Below are positions 17,735-26,125 of a DNA stretch of 33,118 bases, piece after piece. Position 1 is the stretch's first letter; the number at the start of each line of letters is the position of its first letter. The position numbers and the translations under genes are program-made. The notes below the pieces were generated by a model, which was given only the letters and a program-made list of their open reading frames with translations, did not search any database and was not told the origin of the DNA. Source of the stretch: a virus (Duplodnaviria; Caudoviricetes); IMG/VR virus record IMGVR_UViG_3300032321_000616, positions 1 to 33,118 of that record; one strand, given 5' to 3'.

Positions 17735-18055
17735 ATGGCGGGGACAATCGATACCACCTATTTCTCAACCGATCTTACAAATATGATCGGAGACCTATAC
17801 ACAGTTGTCACCGGGCTTGGTTCTTCTGCTGTCTCTGCCTCTGTTACTGACTTAACGATTGCACAAGAGCTAGATGTGGGTGGAGAGATTTTGAGGGTTA
17901 CGCAAAGTATGGTTGTGCCATCATCGGCTATTTCCTCGCCAGTAACTATCGGGGCTTATATAACAATAGGAACGGCAGAGAGAATGATTGCTGGCTTTCA
18001 ACAAAGTGCGGATGGAGTTAGCTACACTATCGATATAGCTGACCCAACGACCTAA
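17735..18055 (+). CDS. Putative head-tail connector (head closure) protein
   Basis: 106-aa beta-rich protein at the start of the neck/tail block. Confidence 0.5.
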   Translation: MAGTIDTTYFSTDLTNMIGDLYTVVTGLGSSAVSASVTDLTIAQELDVGGEILRVTQSMVVPSSAISSPVTIGAYITIGTAERMIAGFQQSADGVSYTIDIADPTT

Positions 18056-18465
18056 TGATCTCAATCGAGCGTCAGATTGAGAATGGGCTGGCAACAGCCC
18101 TAGCGGGTATTTCTGGCGTTAATATATACAAGAGCGATACGGAAGGCCAACGACTGCTTCCCAGCCTAGTAATTCAAGCCTCTATTGGGTCGGAGGAAAT
18201 TATCCCCTATTCTGGCGTATTTCGTTGCCCAGCCACAATCACCTATGCAACAAGGGCAGACACAACCACCCGAACAGATTTTGATGCTAAGTTTCAAGAT
18301 ATCTTACAAGTGATGTATCAAGAGCCTAATCTAGCTAGTGTTCTAACCACGGCCACTCTCAAGGTATTTTTGGCTAATGTGACATCAGAATCGCCAGACA
18401 TTAGGTCAGAGAATAGGACTTGGGCAAAAACCATCTTCCTAGACATTTCCTGCACAAGTATATGA
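18055..18465 (+). CDS. Putative tail completion/terminator protein, paralog 1
   Basis: Size and position; shares ASIGS..I.PYSGVF with the next gene. Confidence 0.5.
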   Translation: MISIERQIENGLATALAGISGVNIYKSDTEGQRLLPSLVIQASIGSEEIIPYSGVFRCPATITYATRADTTTRTDFDAKFQDILQVMYQEPNLASVLTTATLKVFLANVTSESPDIRSENRTWAKTIFLDISCTSI

Positions 18466-18950
18466 TTAGCCCCCAGTTCAAGATAGAGGATGCCTTGGCG
18501 AGCCTATTAACGCCAATTTCGGGGCTTAATGTGTGTATAGCAAATAGGGTTGGGTTAAGGCTCTTCCCTTACGCAACCATTAAAGCCTCTATCGGAAGCC
18601 AGCAAATCGTCCCTTACTCTGGCGTATTTGAGATTAGTGTAGAACTCAACTATTCAGATTCGGCCACAAGAACCACCCAAGCCACATTCGATGACAATTA
18701 TTACAACATCTTTTCTGCCCTATATAGCAATAACAATACATTAGTAACAAAAGTGCAAAACAAAGTGACTGATTTGAGGGTATTTATGGGAAGAATTACA
18801 TCTCAATCTCCTAGCATAAGGGCTAATAAAAGGGCTTGGCAAAGAGGCTTAACATTATCATTTATCGTGACCCCAGACGCTAACGCTGATGGGTTGCGAG
18901 ATTATGATTTCTCTGAAGCCCTAAACAGCTTCTACCTCGCCACGATTTAA
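18462..18950 (+). CDS. Putative tail completion/terminator protein, paralog 2
   Basis: ATGA overlap at 18462; clear paralog of 18055-18465 with an extra C-terminal tail. Confidence 0.5.
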   Translation: MISPQFKIEDALASLLTPISGLNVCIANRVGLRLFPYATIKASIGSQQIVPYSGVFEISVELNYSDSATRTTQATFDDNYYNIFSALYSNNNTLVTKVQNKVTDLRVFMGRITSQSPSIRANKRAWQRGLTLSFIVTPDANADGLRDYDFSEALNSFYLATI

Positions 18951-18965
18951 CAAGGAGATTGAGAT

Positions 18966-20168
18966 ATGGCACTATCCATTTTAGACGGCAACCAGTCGGC
19001 AACCACGCTCTCGACCATAGTTTCAAGTGGGCAACACATACCCTCACACACGGTTGTCTCTTTGGGCAGTCAAGCGATCTCTAATATCACGAGTGCAATC
19101 AGCGGGACAAGCGTATGCGTTGGCAATCTGGGATTATTGCAATCTACTGTTGGAACAGAGGGAATTACAGCTAATACAAATTTCATTAAAATTGGTGGAC
19201 ATACCGGAACATCTACAACCGGGAATATAGTTCACGTTTCTTCTGTTGGGGCGTTGCGTGTCGATGGTTCTGTTTATACACAACCAGTATCTATTGCGTC
19301 AGTTACAATCGGGAACACAGTTACAATCGCTGGAACAGTCACCATCGGCACGGCTCTCCCAGCTGGCACAAACCGCATCGGGGTAGTAACGATTGGCGGT
19401 GGGACGGTAACACTTGGGCTAGGAACACAAAGGATTGGCTCTGTAACGGCTTTAGGAAGTCGAGTAAATTATGCAACTGATATTGCAATTCCAGTAGGAC
19501 TTCAAGGAGATACTGGGTTCGGCTATGGGTATAATGATAACGCATTTATTCCGATTAGAATTATATCCAATCAAACTGGAACTGCCATTGATCTTGTTGG
19601 AAACGAAACAGGTGGAAAGCTACCTATTTCTGGCTCCGTTACCATCGGGGCAGGGACAGCACAGATTGGAAGCGTGACGGCCAGCTTACAAGCAAGCTCT
19701 ATTACGGGCGGTCTAAAAAGTCTCACATATCAAGATATAGCTAGTGTTGCTTACTTAAATACTGCCATTGGCTCGCTGCCCGCATTAGCCGCAGGCACAG
19801 CCCAGATCGGCTCTGTAACCGCATCCATATCGAACAGCGTAACGATTGGCTCGCTCCCCGCGATTAGCGGGACGGTTACCGCCAACACCTTCGCCGTCCA
19901 AGGCACCGCCGTCACCACCTCTAACTTCACCAGCACCACCGCCTCTACCGTGCTGGCTAACTACGATGCGACAAGGGAAGTGCTGACAATCTTTAACGAG
20001 GGGGCTGGCAACCTTCATATTTGTGCGGGGGCAACTTGCACTACTATCGCCTACCAAGTTCGCCTATCTGCGGGGGATTACTACGAAGTGCCGAATCACC
20101 AAACGACCATCACTCACTCGGCCGTGTTTGCCACGGCGGGAACGGCTCGCGTTTGCCAAGTTAGCTAG
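18966..20168 (+). CDS. Ser/Thr/Gly-rich repetitive virion fibre-like protein
   Basis: Repeats such as AGTAQIGSVT, AGTNRIGVVT and IGSLPA; SD-like AAGGAG upstream. Confidence 0.6.
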   Translation: MALSILDGNQSATTLSTIVSSGQHIPSHTVVSLGSQAISNITSAISGTSVCVGNLGLLQSTVGTEGITANTNFIKIGGHTGTSTTGNIVHVSSVGALRVDGSVYTQPVSIASVTIGNTVTIAGTVTIGTALPAGTNRIGVVTIGGGTVTLGLGTQRIGSVTALGSRVNYATDIAIPVGLQGDTGFGYGYNDNAFIPIRIISNQTGTAIDLVGNETGGKLPISGSVTIGAGTAQIGSVTASLQASSITGGLKSLTYQDIASVAYLNTAIGSLPALAAGTAQIGSVTASISNSVTIGSLPAISGTVTANTFAVQGTAVTTSNFTSTTASTVLANYDATREVLTIFNEGAGNLHICAGATCTTIAYQVRLSAGDYYEVPNHQTTITHSAVFATAGTARVCQVS

Positions 20169-20177
20169 GAGAAGGCG

Positions 20178-20909
20178 ATGCCTTTATCAAGAGGAACATT
20201 TGCTCCAGCAACATCCACACAAGCTGGAGGCGTTGGTTTTGTGCCATCACCTGCGGCTGGCGATCAAGGAAAGTATTTGCAGGGAGACGGAACATTCGGT
20301 GGGCCGTTGTTCAACAAATTACAAGTTCCATCGGATCGCTACATTGGCCCATTGGTTGCGTACGGTGGAGCTGGAAGCACAAGAACGCTAAATTCTTTTT
20401 ATGTTTATTTTGTTCCTGTTTATTCAAATGGTAATCGAAGTATATCTGAAATCGTTTTTGAAGTTACAACAGCATCTGGGGCCACCGGGACTCCTACGAT
20501 GGAGATTGCTCTATATAATTGCAGCTCGACCTCTGGACTTCCAACCACTCAAGTTGCGAATTCTTTAAAAACAGGAATAAGCCCCACAAGCACGGGAGTT
20601 AAAACATCAACATATTCTCCTACTTTCACAATGCCCGCAGGCATTTCTTTTGTAGGAATTAAAGTTAAACCTACGGTATCTAACAATGCGACAGGGGTAA
20701 GAGCGATGGATGGAACTGGAAGAGAATCTGCGTTTTTTTCTGCTATTGCAAATGGTTGGCCAACCAACCCTACATCATCAAGTTATGCGGCCACAGTTCC
20801 ATTCTTTATTGCTGGCGATAATGTCGGACTTGCATCTGATTATACTTCATCAAGTTTTTCTTACTCAACCTTTGGGGAATCATTTGTCGCAGTTTTTTTG
20901 AAAACCTAA
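20178..20909 (+). CDS. Putative virion fibre-associated protein
   Basis: The N-terminal G.VPSPAAGDQGKYLQGDGTF is a recurrent tail-fibre motif; Ser/Thr-rich beta domain. Confidence 0.55.
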   Translation: MPLSRGTFAPATSTQAGGVGFVPSPAAGDQGKYLQGDGTFGGPLFNKLQVPSDRYIGPLVAYGGAGSTRTLNSFYVYFVPVYSNGNRSISEIVFEVTTASGATGTPTMEIALYNCSSTSGLPTTQVANSLKTGISPTSTGVKTSTYSPTFTMPAGISFVGIKVKPTVSNNATGVRAMDGTGRESAFFSAIANGWPTNPTSSSYAATVPFFIAGDNVGLASDYTSSSFSYSTFGESFVAVFLKT

Positions 20910-21037
20910 TGCCCCTCCTCCTCATCGCCCTCTTGCTCTGCTCTTGCTCGCCAAATAAGCACACAGAGAACAATGCCCTCCCAGATTACGGGGAGATGGG
21001 TGCGGCTGAAGAAGCTGGGAGAGTAAAAAGTGAATGA
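20909..21037 (+). CDS. 42-aa putative lipoprotein (not in ORF track)
   Basis: MPLLLIALLLCSCSPNK..., with a hydrophobic leader and lipobox-like LCSC; TAATG overlap. Confidence 0.55.
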   Translation: MPLLLIALLLCSCSPNKHTENNALPDYGEMGAAEEAGRVKSE

Positions 21038-21189
21038 GTGCCACGGATGATAAGGATACCCCAAGCTGGAAGGATTTTATGGCAAGCCTCAAATTCTTGG
21101 AGGCCGAGGGCTATATAGAGATATTCTATAACGACAAGGGCGAGAGAATGGTTAGGATTGCCCCCGGTGCGGAGCAAGCTACGCTATGA
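21034..21189 (+). CDS. 51-aa hypothetical protein (not in ORF track)
   Basis: MSATDDKDTPSWKDFMASLKFLEAEGYIEIFYNDKGERMVRIAPGAEQATL, with ATGA overlaps on both sides. Confidence 0.55.
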   Translation: MSATDDKDTPSWKDFMASLKFLEAEGYIEIFYNDKGERMVRIAPGAEQATL

Positions 21190-21440
21190 GTGCAGACCAA
21201 GTTGCGGACTTGCGAGAGAGATTGGCAAGAATCGAAGAGAGGCAGGTCAATCTGATTGCCGTTTTAGAGCGTCATACTAGCGAGATAGCCGAATGGACTA
21301 GCAGGATGAACGGCAAGGTCGATACCCTAGAAAGGGATGCACACACCATCAAAACAAAGCTATGGCTAGTTGCCCTAGTGTCGGGGGCGGTCTTTTCAAC
21401 CATCTGGGAACTAATAAAGGTGCGAGTGTTCCCACGATAA
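21186..21440 (+). CDS. Coiled-coil protein with C-terminal transmembrane helix (XhlA/holin-like)
   Basis: LRERLARIEERQ coiled coil followed by LWLVALVSGAVFSTIW. Confidence 0.55.
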   Translation: MSADQVADLRERLARIEERQVNLIAVLERHTSEIAEWTSRMNGKVDTLERDAHTIKTKLWLVALVSGAVFSTIWELIKVRVFPR

Positions 21441-21441
21441 T

Positions 21442-21447
21442 TTGACA
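21442..21447 (+). promoter_or_regulatory. TTGACA late-module motif (N14 to ATG 21462)
   Basis: Intergenic; 14 nt to ATG. Confidence 0.6.
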
Positions 21448-21461
21448 CAAAGGAATATCAA

Positions 21462-21818
21462 ATGGCCGCTACAAGCATAGGACTTACTGGGGTTGCTTTT
21501 GGATTAGCCGCCGAAACTGGCGTTGTTATTCAGAGCTTCTCGCTTACAAGCACAGCAGAGACAACTGAAGTATCAAAGCACAATGGCACTCACTCTGCTG
21601 TTGCGTTTTCTGCATTCAAAAGGAATGTTAGTCTTTCTGGTAATTGTAGCGGTGCGGTTGCATCCTCTGGAATTGGTGGAACTCTTGCTCTAACTGGCAA
21701 CACAACCGCGGTATCTAGTGGAACTTACTTTGTGACGGATGTTTCTTTCTCACAAGCCGCCGATGGCTTTAACAGCTTTGACCTATCCGCAACCGCATAC
21801 GATGGATTAAATACATAA
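21462..21818 (+). CDS. Putative tail tube protein, paralog 1
   Basis: 118-aa beta-rich protein upstream of the tail chaperone; paralogous to the next gene. Confidence 0.55.
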   Translation: MAATSIGLTGVAFGLAAETGVVIQSFSLTSTAETTEVSKHNGTHSAVAFSAFKRNVSLSGNCSGAVASSGIGGTLALTGNTTAVSSGTYFVTDVSFSQAADGFNSFDLSATAYDGLNT

Positions 21819-21819
21819 T

Positions 21820-22173
21820 ATGGCCGCTACAATCATTGGAAATAGCACAGACCTAGCCTTCGGGATTGCCTCTGCACAGACTGGGATGGTAATTCAATCC
21901 ATCTCTTCCTCGGCCTCTGCTGATGCAGTTGAGCTAAAGAATAAGGGCGGGGATGTTACGGCGGTAGTGTTCCGCAATAAGAAAGTCACCTACTCCGTAG
22001 AGGGTGCATACACGACCTTTAGCGGTAGCGTTGGGGCAACAATCACAGTATCCAACGGAAGCAACTACGACCTCTCTGGTGCGGCCTATATTACTGAAAC
22101 TGCTAGAAACCGTAGTGCAGATAACTTTGAGACGGTGTCCTTCACGGCAGTTCGATACGATGGTATAAGTTAG
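21820..22173 (+). CDS. Putative tail tube protein, paralog 2
   Basis: MAAT.IG, AFG.A, TG.VIQS, AV.F, F....A..YDG shared with paralog 1. Confidence 0.55.
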   Translation: MAATIIGNSTDLAFGIASAQTGMVIQSISSSASADAVELKNKGGDVTAVVFRNKKVTYSVEGAYTTFSGSVGATITVSNGSNYDLSGAAYITETARNRSADNFETVSFTAVRYDGIS

Positions 22174-22192
22174 TTTTAACCTAGAAATCCTT

Positions 22193-22579
22193 ATGCAAGA
22201 AAAAATCCTTTATACTCGCAACATTAAACTAGCCTCGGTTCTTGCCACATTTGGCATCCCATTCAGAGAGAAAGAGCCAATGGCCGTCATTGAGGATGCA
22301 GACGATAACAACCGCAGAAGCGTCACATTCTTCTTTAACGACCTTCCTAGTGGTCTTGGGGGCAAGATCGTTGATATGTGGGAAAAGGGCTGGTCGGCAA
22401 TTACAAACTACGATGACCCCATAGCCTATTGCAGAGCCGTGCTAGAGAACAGAGAGCGTCTTTTGGACGCTATGAACAACGCAACCCCCCTAGTCAAAAA
22501 GCAGTTTGGGAAAGCTACTTTGCTTGTTAGCAAGAACGCATCCCCAGAACTACGAAAGAAATTGAGCAAATACCTATGA
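22193..22579 (+). CDS. Hypothetical protein (DUF5659-like N-terminus)
   Basis: TRNIKLASVLATFGIP resembles the T.D..LAA.L...G phage motif. Confidence 0.5.
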   Translation: MQEKILYTRNIKLASVLATFGIPFREKEPMAVIEDADDNNRRSVTFFFNDLPSGLGGKIVDMWEKGWSAITNYDDPIAYCRAVLENRERLLDAMNNATPLVKKQFGKATLLVSKNASPELRKKLSKYL

Positions 22580-22956
22580 ACCTAGACCTACAAAAAGATG
22601 AGGAGATTCTAAACAAGGCACTCGATAAATCCTTTGTCATAAACGAGAGAATGTTTAAGGGAAGTAAGGTTGGCAAGTTCACGCTAGGCACACGAATCGT
22701 GATGAACCAGATTCGTGAGGAGGCAGATACTACAGAGTTCTTTATTTGGTCTAGCCTATACTGCCTAACCCATCCAAGGTCGGAGCTAGTGAAGTTAGCT
22801 TGGGACAAGGCCAAGTTTAGGGAGGCGGTTTTGAATTGGTCTGACGAGTTCAATGAAGCTGATTTTATTGAAGGAGTTAAGATTGTTGATGAAATCTTTT
22901 CTGAAATTGCAGAGGCTCGTGTTCAGACTAACGGAGGAAACGACTCCCCAAAATAG
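22576..22956 (+). CDS. Tail assembly chaperone (gpG-like)
   Basis: Lies between the tube and tape-measure genes and ends at slippery C CCA AAA TAG. Confidence 0.75.
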   Translation: MNLDLQKDEEILNKALDKSFVINERMFKGSKVGKFTLGTRIVMNQIREEADTTEFFIWSSLYCLTHPRSELVKLAWDKAKFREAVLNWSDEFNEADFIEGVKIVDEIFSEIAEARVQTNGGNDSPK

Positions 22957-23159
22957 TTCAGCCAGCCGGGATTGCTTCGTCCGTCTGGCTATTTGCAAAG
23001 GAGTTCGGGTGGACAGCAGAGCAAGTGCTATGGGAGATGGCAGAAGTGCAACTTGTTCAGCTAGAACACGCTATGCTTGTCAATCGTGGAATTGATGTCA
23101 GAAGGCATAACTCTAACGCAGTAAATATCATTGATGATATTCTTGACGATAGACAATAA
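22953..23159 (+). CDS. -1 frameshift extension of the tail assembly chaperone (gpGT-like; not in ORF track)
   Basis: The -1 frame is open for 68 codons (IVQPAGIASSVWLFAKEFGWTAEQVLWEM...DDRQ*) and fills the gap up to ATG 23164. Confidence 0.8.
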   Translation: MVQPAGIASSVWLFAKEFGWTAEQVLWEMAEVQLVQLEHAMLVNRGIDVRRHNSNAVNIIDDILDDRQ

Positions 23160-23163
23160 ATTT

Positions 23164-23862
23164 ATGGCTAATGTATTTAAGCTGGATACCAAGGATTTCA
23201 ATAGAACTATCGATAAGTATATTGAGTTGCGTAATGTTGATTTTCTAACAGAAGTAAATAGACGAGCCGCCAACATCATTATGAAGGCGATGCAATACAC
23301 AAAAAGAACAAGCCCAGAAAGAGTGGTTAGGGAGCTTGGGGCAATACAAGAAGTAAGAAGGCTAAAGGGCGGCGCTGGCAGAGAGACAAAGGCCAAAAGA
23401 AATCGTGACTTCTATAAGGGAACACCGGCAGGGTTTAAGATATTTAATTGGAGGAGAAAGAATAGGCCACAAAGTCTGCCACCCAAATTGCGGGGCGGTG
23501 GATTGGGCGGGAAAGAAATGGGGCAAAGGTATGATGGTTTTGTAAAATCTGTTAGGCGTTCTTGTGGTTATATTGTTTCTGGCTGGCTACCCGCATTGAA
23601 TAGGTATAAACAGCAGGGCATAGCAAATGCAAAATCTGATATTAAGAAAGTTCCAAGCCCAAAGACAACCGCTGGAAAGGGATATGCCATACCAGCACAA
23701 AGGGCTGGTGACCTTATTAAAACCATATTTGCAAACACAGCCAACGCTGTTGATAAGATTGGAGTTGCCCCCCTTCGGCTTGCCTTCCGACTAGAAGAAC
23801 AAGATATGAAAACATATATAGAACGCAAGGAACAAGAGAGGCTTAACAAGCTCAAGAGATAA
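23164..23862 (+). CDS. Basic virion morphogenesis protein (HK97 gp10-like neck/tail component?)
   Basis: MANVFKLDTKDFNRTIDKY start; Arg/Lys-rich; position in the tail block. Confidence 0.45.
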   Translation: MANVFKLDTKDFNRTIDKYIELRNVDFLTEVNRRAANIIMKAMQYTKRTSPERVVRELGAIQEVRRLKGGAGRETKAKRNRDFYKGTPAGFKIFNWRRKNRPQSLPPKLRGGGLGGKEMGQRYDGFVKSVRRSCGYIVSGWLPALNRYKQQGIANAKSDIKKVPSPKTTAGKGYAIPAQRAGDLIKTIFANTANAVDKIGVAPLRLAFRLEEQDMKTYIERKEQERLNKLKR

Positions 23863-23863
23863 T

Positions 23864-25156
23864 ATGGCCTTTAAGCTAGAGGGAGAGGTAGTCATTGACG
23901 GACGCAAGGGAACAACTGCGTTAAAAGACCTTCAGAGGGAGGCCAACAAGACATCTGATACATTCCGTAGGGCTGGTGGGAATACTGAGCGACTGGGGAA
24001 AAGCCTATTGTCCCTCGGCCTTAATGCTGGTAGTGCCGGGAAATCCTTGGGGTCGTTGGCTAGACTTGGTACTGGTGGGTTGTTTGGTGCGGCCGTCCTT
24101 GGTTCAATCAATAAGTTTGGAGAAACAGTCAAGCAAGCCTCAACTGACTACTACCAATCCCAGAAAGCCTTGTCAGATGCCTTCGAGATGTCATTTAAGA
24201 GTACAAGCGTTGAGCAAGCACAAGCTGGCCTAGAAAAGACTGAGGACACGATTGAGTCTTTGCGTGGTAAGATTACCCAACTTGGGGCTTTTGGTGGCAT
24301 ACTCAAGGGCATAGAAAAATTTACTGGCATAAATCTTGGTGTCGGAGACACAGAGAAAGCCCTAAAAACCGCAAGAGCAAATCTAACCATACTTGAAAGC
24401 ACGGTTGAGGCTAGAAAGAAAGAGTCGGATGCGGCCAAAATTCTTGAAGGAGAATTAAGCTCTCTAGAACTAGCCAACAAAATGAATGCTATTGATATTA
24501 AAAATCAAGCATTAAAGGGAGACATTTTAGACGAAAACGCATCAATAGCTTTTAACGAACTGCAAACTGTTGAGCTTGAAATTTTCGCACAAAAAGAACT
24601 ATTAAAAACACTCGAATCAATAACTGGCGTTAAAAAGAACCAAGAGGCTATTGATAAGAGCCTTGCCTATTTGGCAGACGCAAGGGTTCGCAAGGCTCAA
24701 GCAGAATATAATTTGGCAAAAGCAAATAACGATGCGAATGCCAAACGCTCAAAGCAAGCACAAGAGGCCGGCGGTGGTCTATTAGGTGCAAGCAGGGCTG
24801 GGCAACAAGCCCTAGATACAGCAAGGAAAGTAAGAGCAAGGGAGGTGAGTAAAAAAGATTTTAGAACGCAAGATCAAGTGTTTGAAAAGATGAAAAAAGA
24901 GGAAAATGTTAAGCGTAAGGCCAAGGGCTTGCCACCAGTAACAGCCCAGAATATGCGGGAACAAGTTGCCGCACAACAGGCCGCAGGGGAGATGCCACTA
25001 CTTTCTGAAAAACTTGGAGCGATGCAGGGGGCAACACCAGCAAGTCAGATCGCCGCAGAACAAGCAAAGGGTGGGGGTGGTGCGGATATGCAAAAAGCAT
25101 TATTAGATGCAATTAAAGCGTTGTCTGACAAGTTGCCAGCCGCAGTAGCAAAATAA
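23864..25156 (+). CDS. Putative tape measure protein (short, 430 aa)
   Basis: Ala/Lys/Gln-rich helical protein with Gly-rich hydrophobic segments, downstream of the G/GT chaperone. Confidence 0.65.
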   Translation: MAFKLEGEVVIDGRKGTTALKDLQREANKTSDTFRRAGGNTERLGKSLLSLGLNAGSAGKSLGSLARLGTGGLFGAAVLGSINKFGETVKQASTDYYQSQKALSDAFEMSFKSTSVEQAQAGLEKTEDTIESLRGKITQLGAFGGILKGIEKFTGINLGVGDTEKALKTARANLTILESTVEARKKESDAAKILEGELSSLELANKMNAIDIKNQALKGDILDENASIAFNELQTVELEIFAQKELLKTLESITGVKKNQEAIDKSLAYLADARVRKAQAEYNLAKANNDANAKRSKQAQEAGGGLLGASRAGQQALDTARKVRAREVSKKDFRTQDQVFEKMKKEENVKRKAKGLPPVTAQNMREQVAAQQAAGEMPLLSEKLGAMQGATPASQIAAEQAKGGGGADMQKALLDAIKALSDKLPAAVAK

Positions 25157-25163
25157 TAAATAT

Positions 25164-25826
25164 ATGCCAACAACTATTCTCTCCAACATTTCCGGGTTTG
25201 ACTTTGAGCCAGACATCATAACAGACAATGGCCGTGATGGGATTACAGCCTTTCAATTCTCTGTTGTCGGTTCGTTCTCTGCCCTAAATTCAAATTTTTC
25301 TTTAGATGAGGTATTGAGTGGAGTACCAGACCAACCACCCGGTAACTTCCGTGTTGTTCGCAGAAATATGAGTCATATTGCTGGCAATACTTCTGATGGC
25401 CTTTATAGACTACAAGTATCAGCAGAGGGCGGGACTGGCGATAATTCCCTTTTTATCCTAGAAACAAGCTACCAATACCAGAGGGAGATTGTGAGTGGTT
25501 TTGTTCAAACCATACAGCTAGATATTTCTGTTAATTATATTTGTGAATGGTTGTCCCCAACAGTTACAATCACAACCAATAGCCCAACCGAAGATGTCAC
25601 GGCAGTTCAAGAAAGGGTTAGGGGTCTTGTTGCAAGCCAAGAGGTGCAGATCATTAGAAATAAACCAGATAGGTCTGCGGTAATCGGAACTGTCCAATAT
25701 CCAGTATTCGGGCCGGGAATAGATGTAAATGCAATCAACATCATAGGCTCTTCAGTTGAAACTGCTGGTGGTTTATTCAGAGTTAGGGCATCGGCTACAA
25801 AAGGCCAAATGCAATTAGTTCTATGA
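25164..25826 (+). CDS. Putative tail tip / distal tail protein
   Basis: Beta-rich ORF directly after the tape measure gene. Confidence 0.45.
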   Translation: MPTTILSNISGFDFEPDIITDNGRDGITAFQFSVVGSFSALNSNFSLDEVLSGVPDQPPGNFRVVRRNMSHIAGNTSDGLYRLQVSAEGGTGDNSLFILETSYQYQREIVSGFVQTIQLDISVNYICEWLSPTVTITTNSPTEDVTAVQERVRGLVASQEVQIIRNKPDRSAVIGTVQYPVFGPGIDVNAINIIGSSVETAGGLFRVRASATKGQMQLVL

Positions 25827-26104
25827 GATTGGGTACTGGAAGTTCCTTTTCTAAAGTTCCAGTATTGGCCGACAATGGGCTAATCACAAAGACCTATCTT
25901 CACGACCTAGAAGCGGCAGTAAAGCAACGAACCCCAGTAGCAGGGGCAAATATCGATATTAAGGTGACCGATGGAAGCTATGTAATATCTGCAACGGCGG
26001 GGGTTAATGTGTCGGTTGGTGGTGGTGTGCAGGGATTTAACGAGATAACCCTTACTGTATGTTCCAACGGAACACCCGCCACAATCACGGTCTTGGGCAA
26101 GTAA
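25823..26104 (+). CDS. Hypothetical tail-associated protein
   Basis: ATGA overlap; 93 aa. Confidence 0.5.
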   Translation: MRLGTGSSFSKVPVLADNGLITKTYLHDLEAAVKQRTPVAGANIDIKVTDGSYVISATAGVNVSVGGGVQGFNEITLTVCSNGTPATITVLGK

Positions 26105-26110
26105 TTGACA
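26105..26110 (+). promoter_or_regulatory. TTGACA late-module motif (N15 to GTG 26126)
   Basis: Immediately after the upstream TAA. Confidence 0.55.
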
Positions 26111-26125
26111 AGGGCATAGACTAAA

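Noticed and set aside
19640-19880. Repeats in the fibre gene as a possible diversity-generating retroelement template/variable pair
   Set aside because: The copies differ at synonymous positions rather than specifically at adenines, and no reverse transcriptase is present in the window.
22853-23095. 80-aa + strand ORF overlapping the chaperone end
   Set aside because: It is in the wrong frame; the -1 frame after C CCA AAA explains the interval and has the expected GT-like character.
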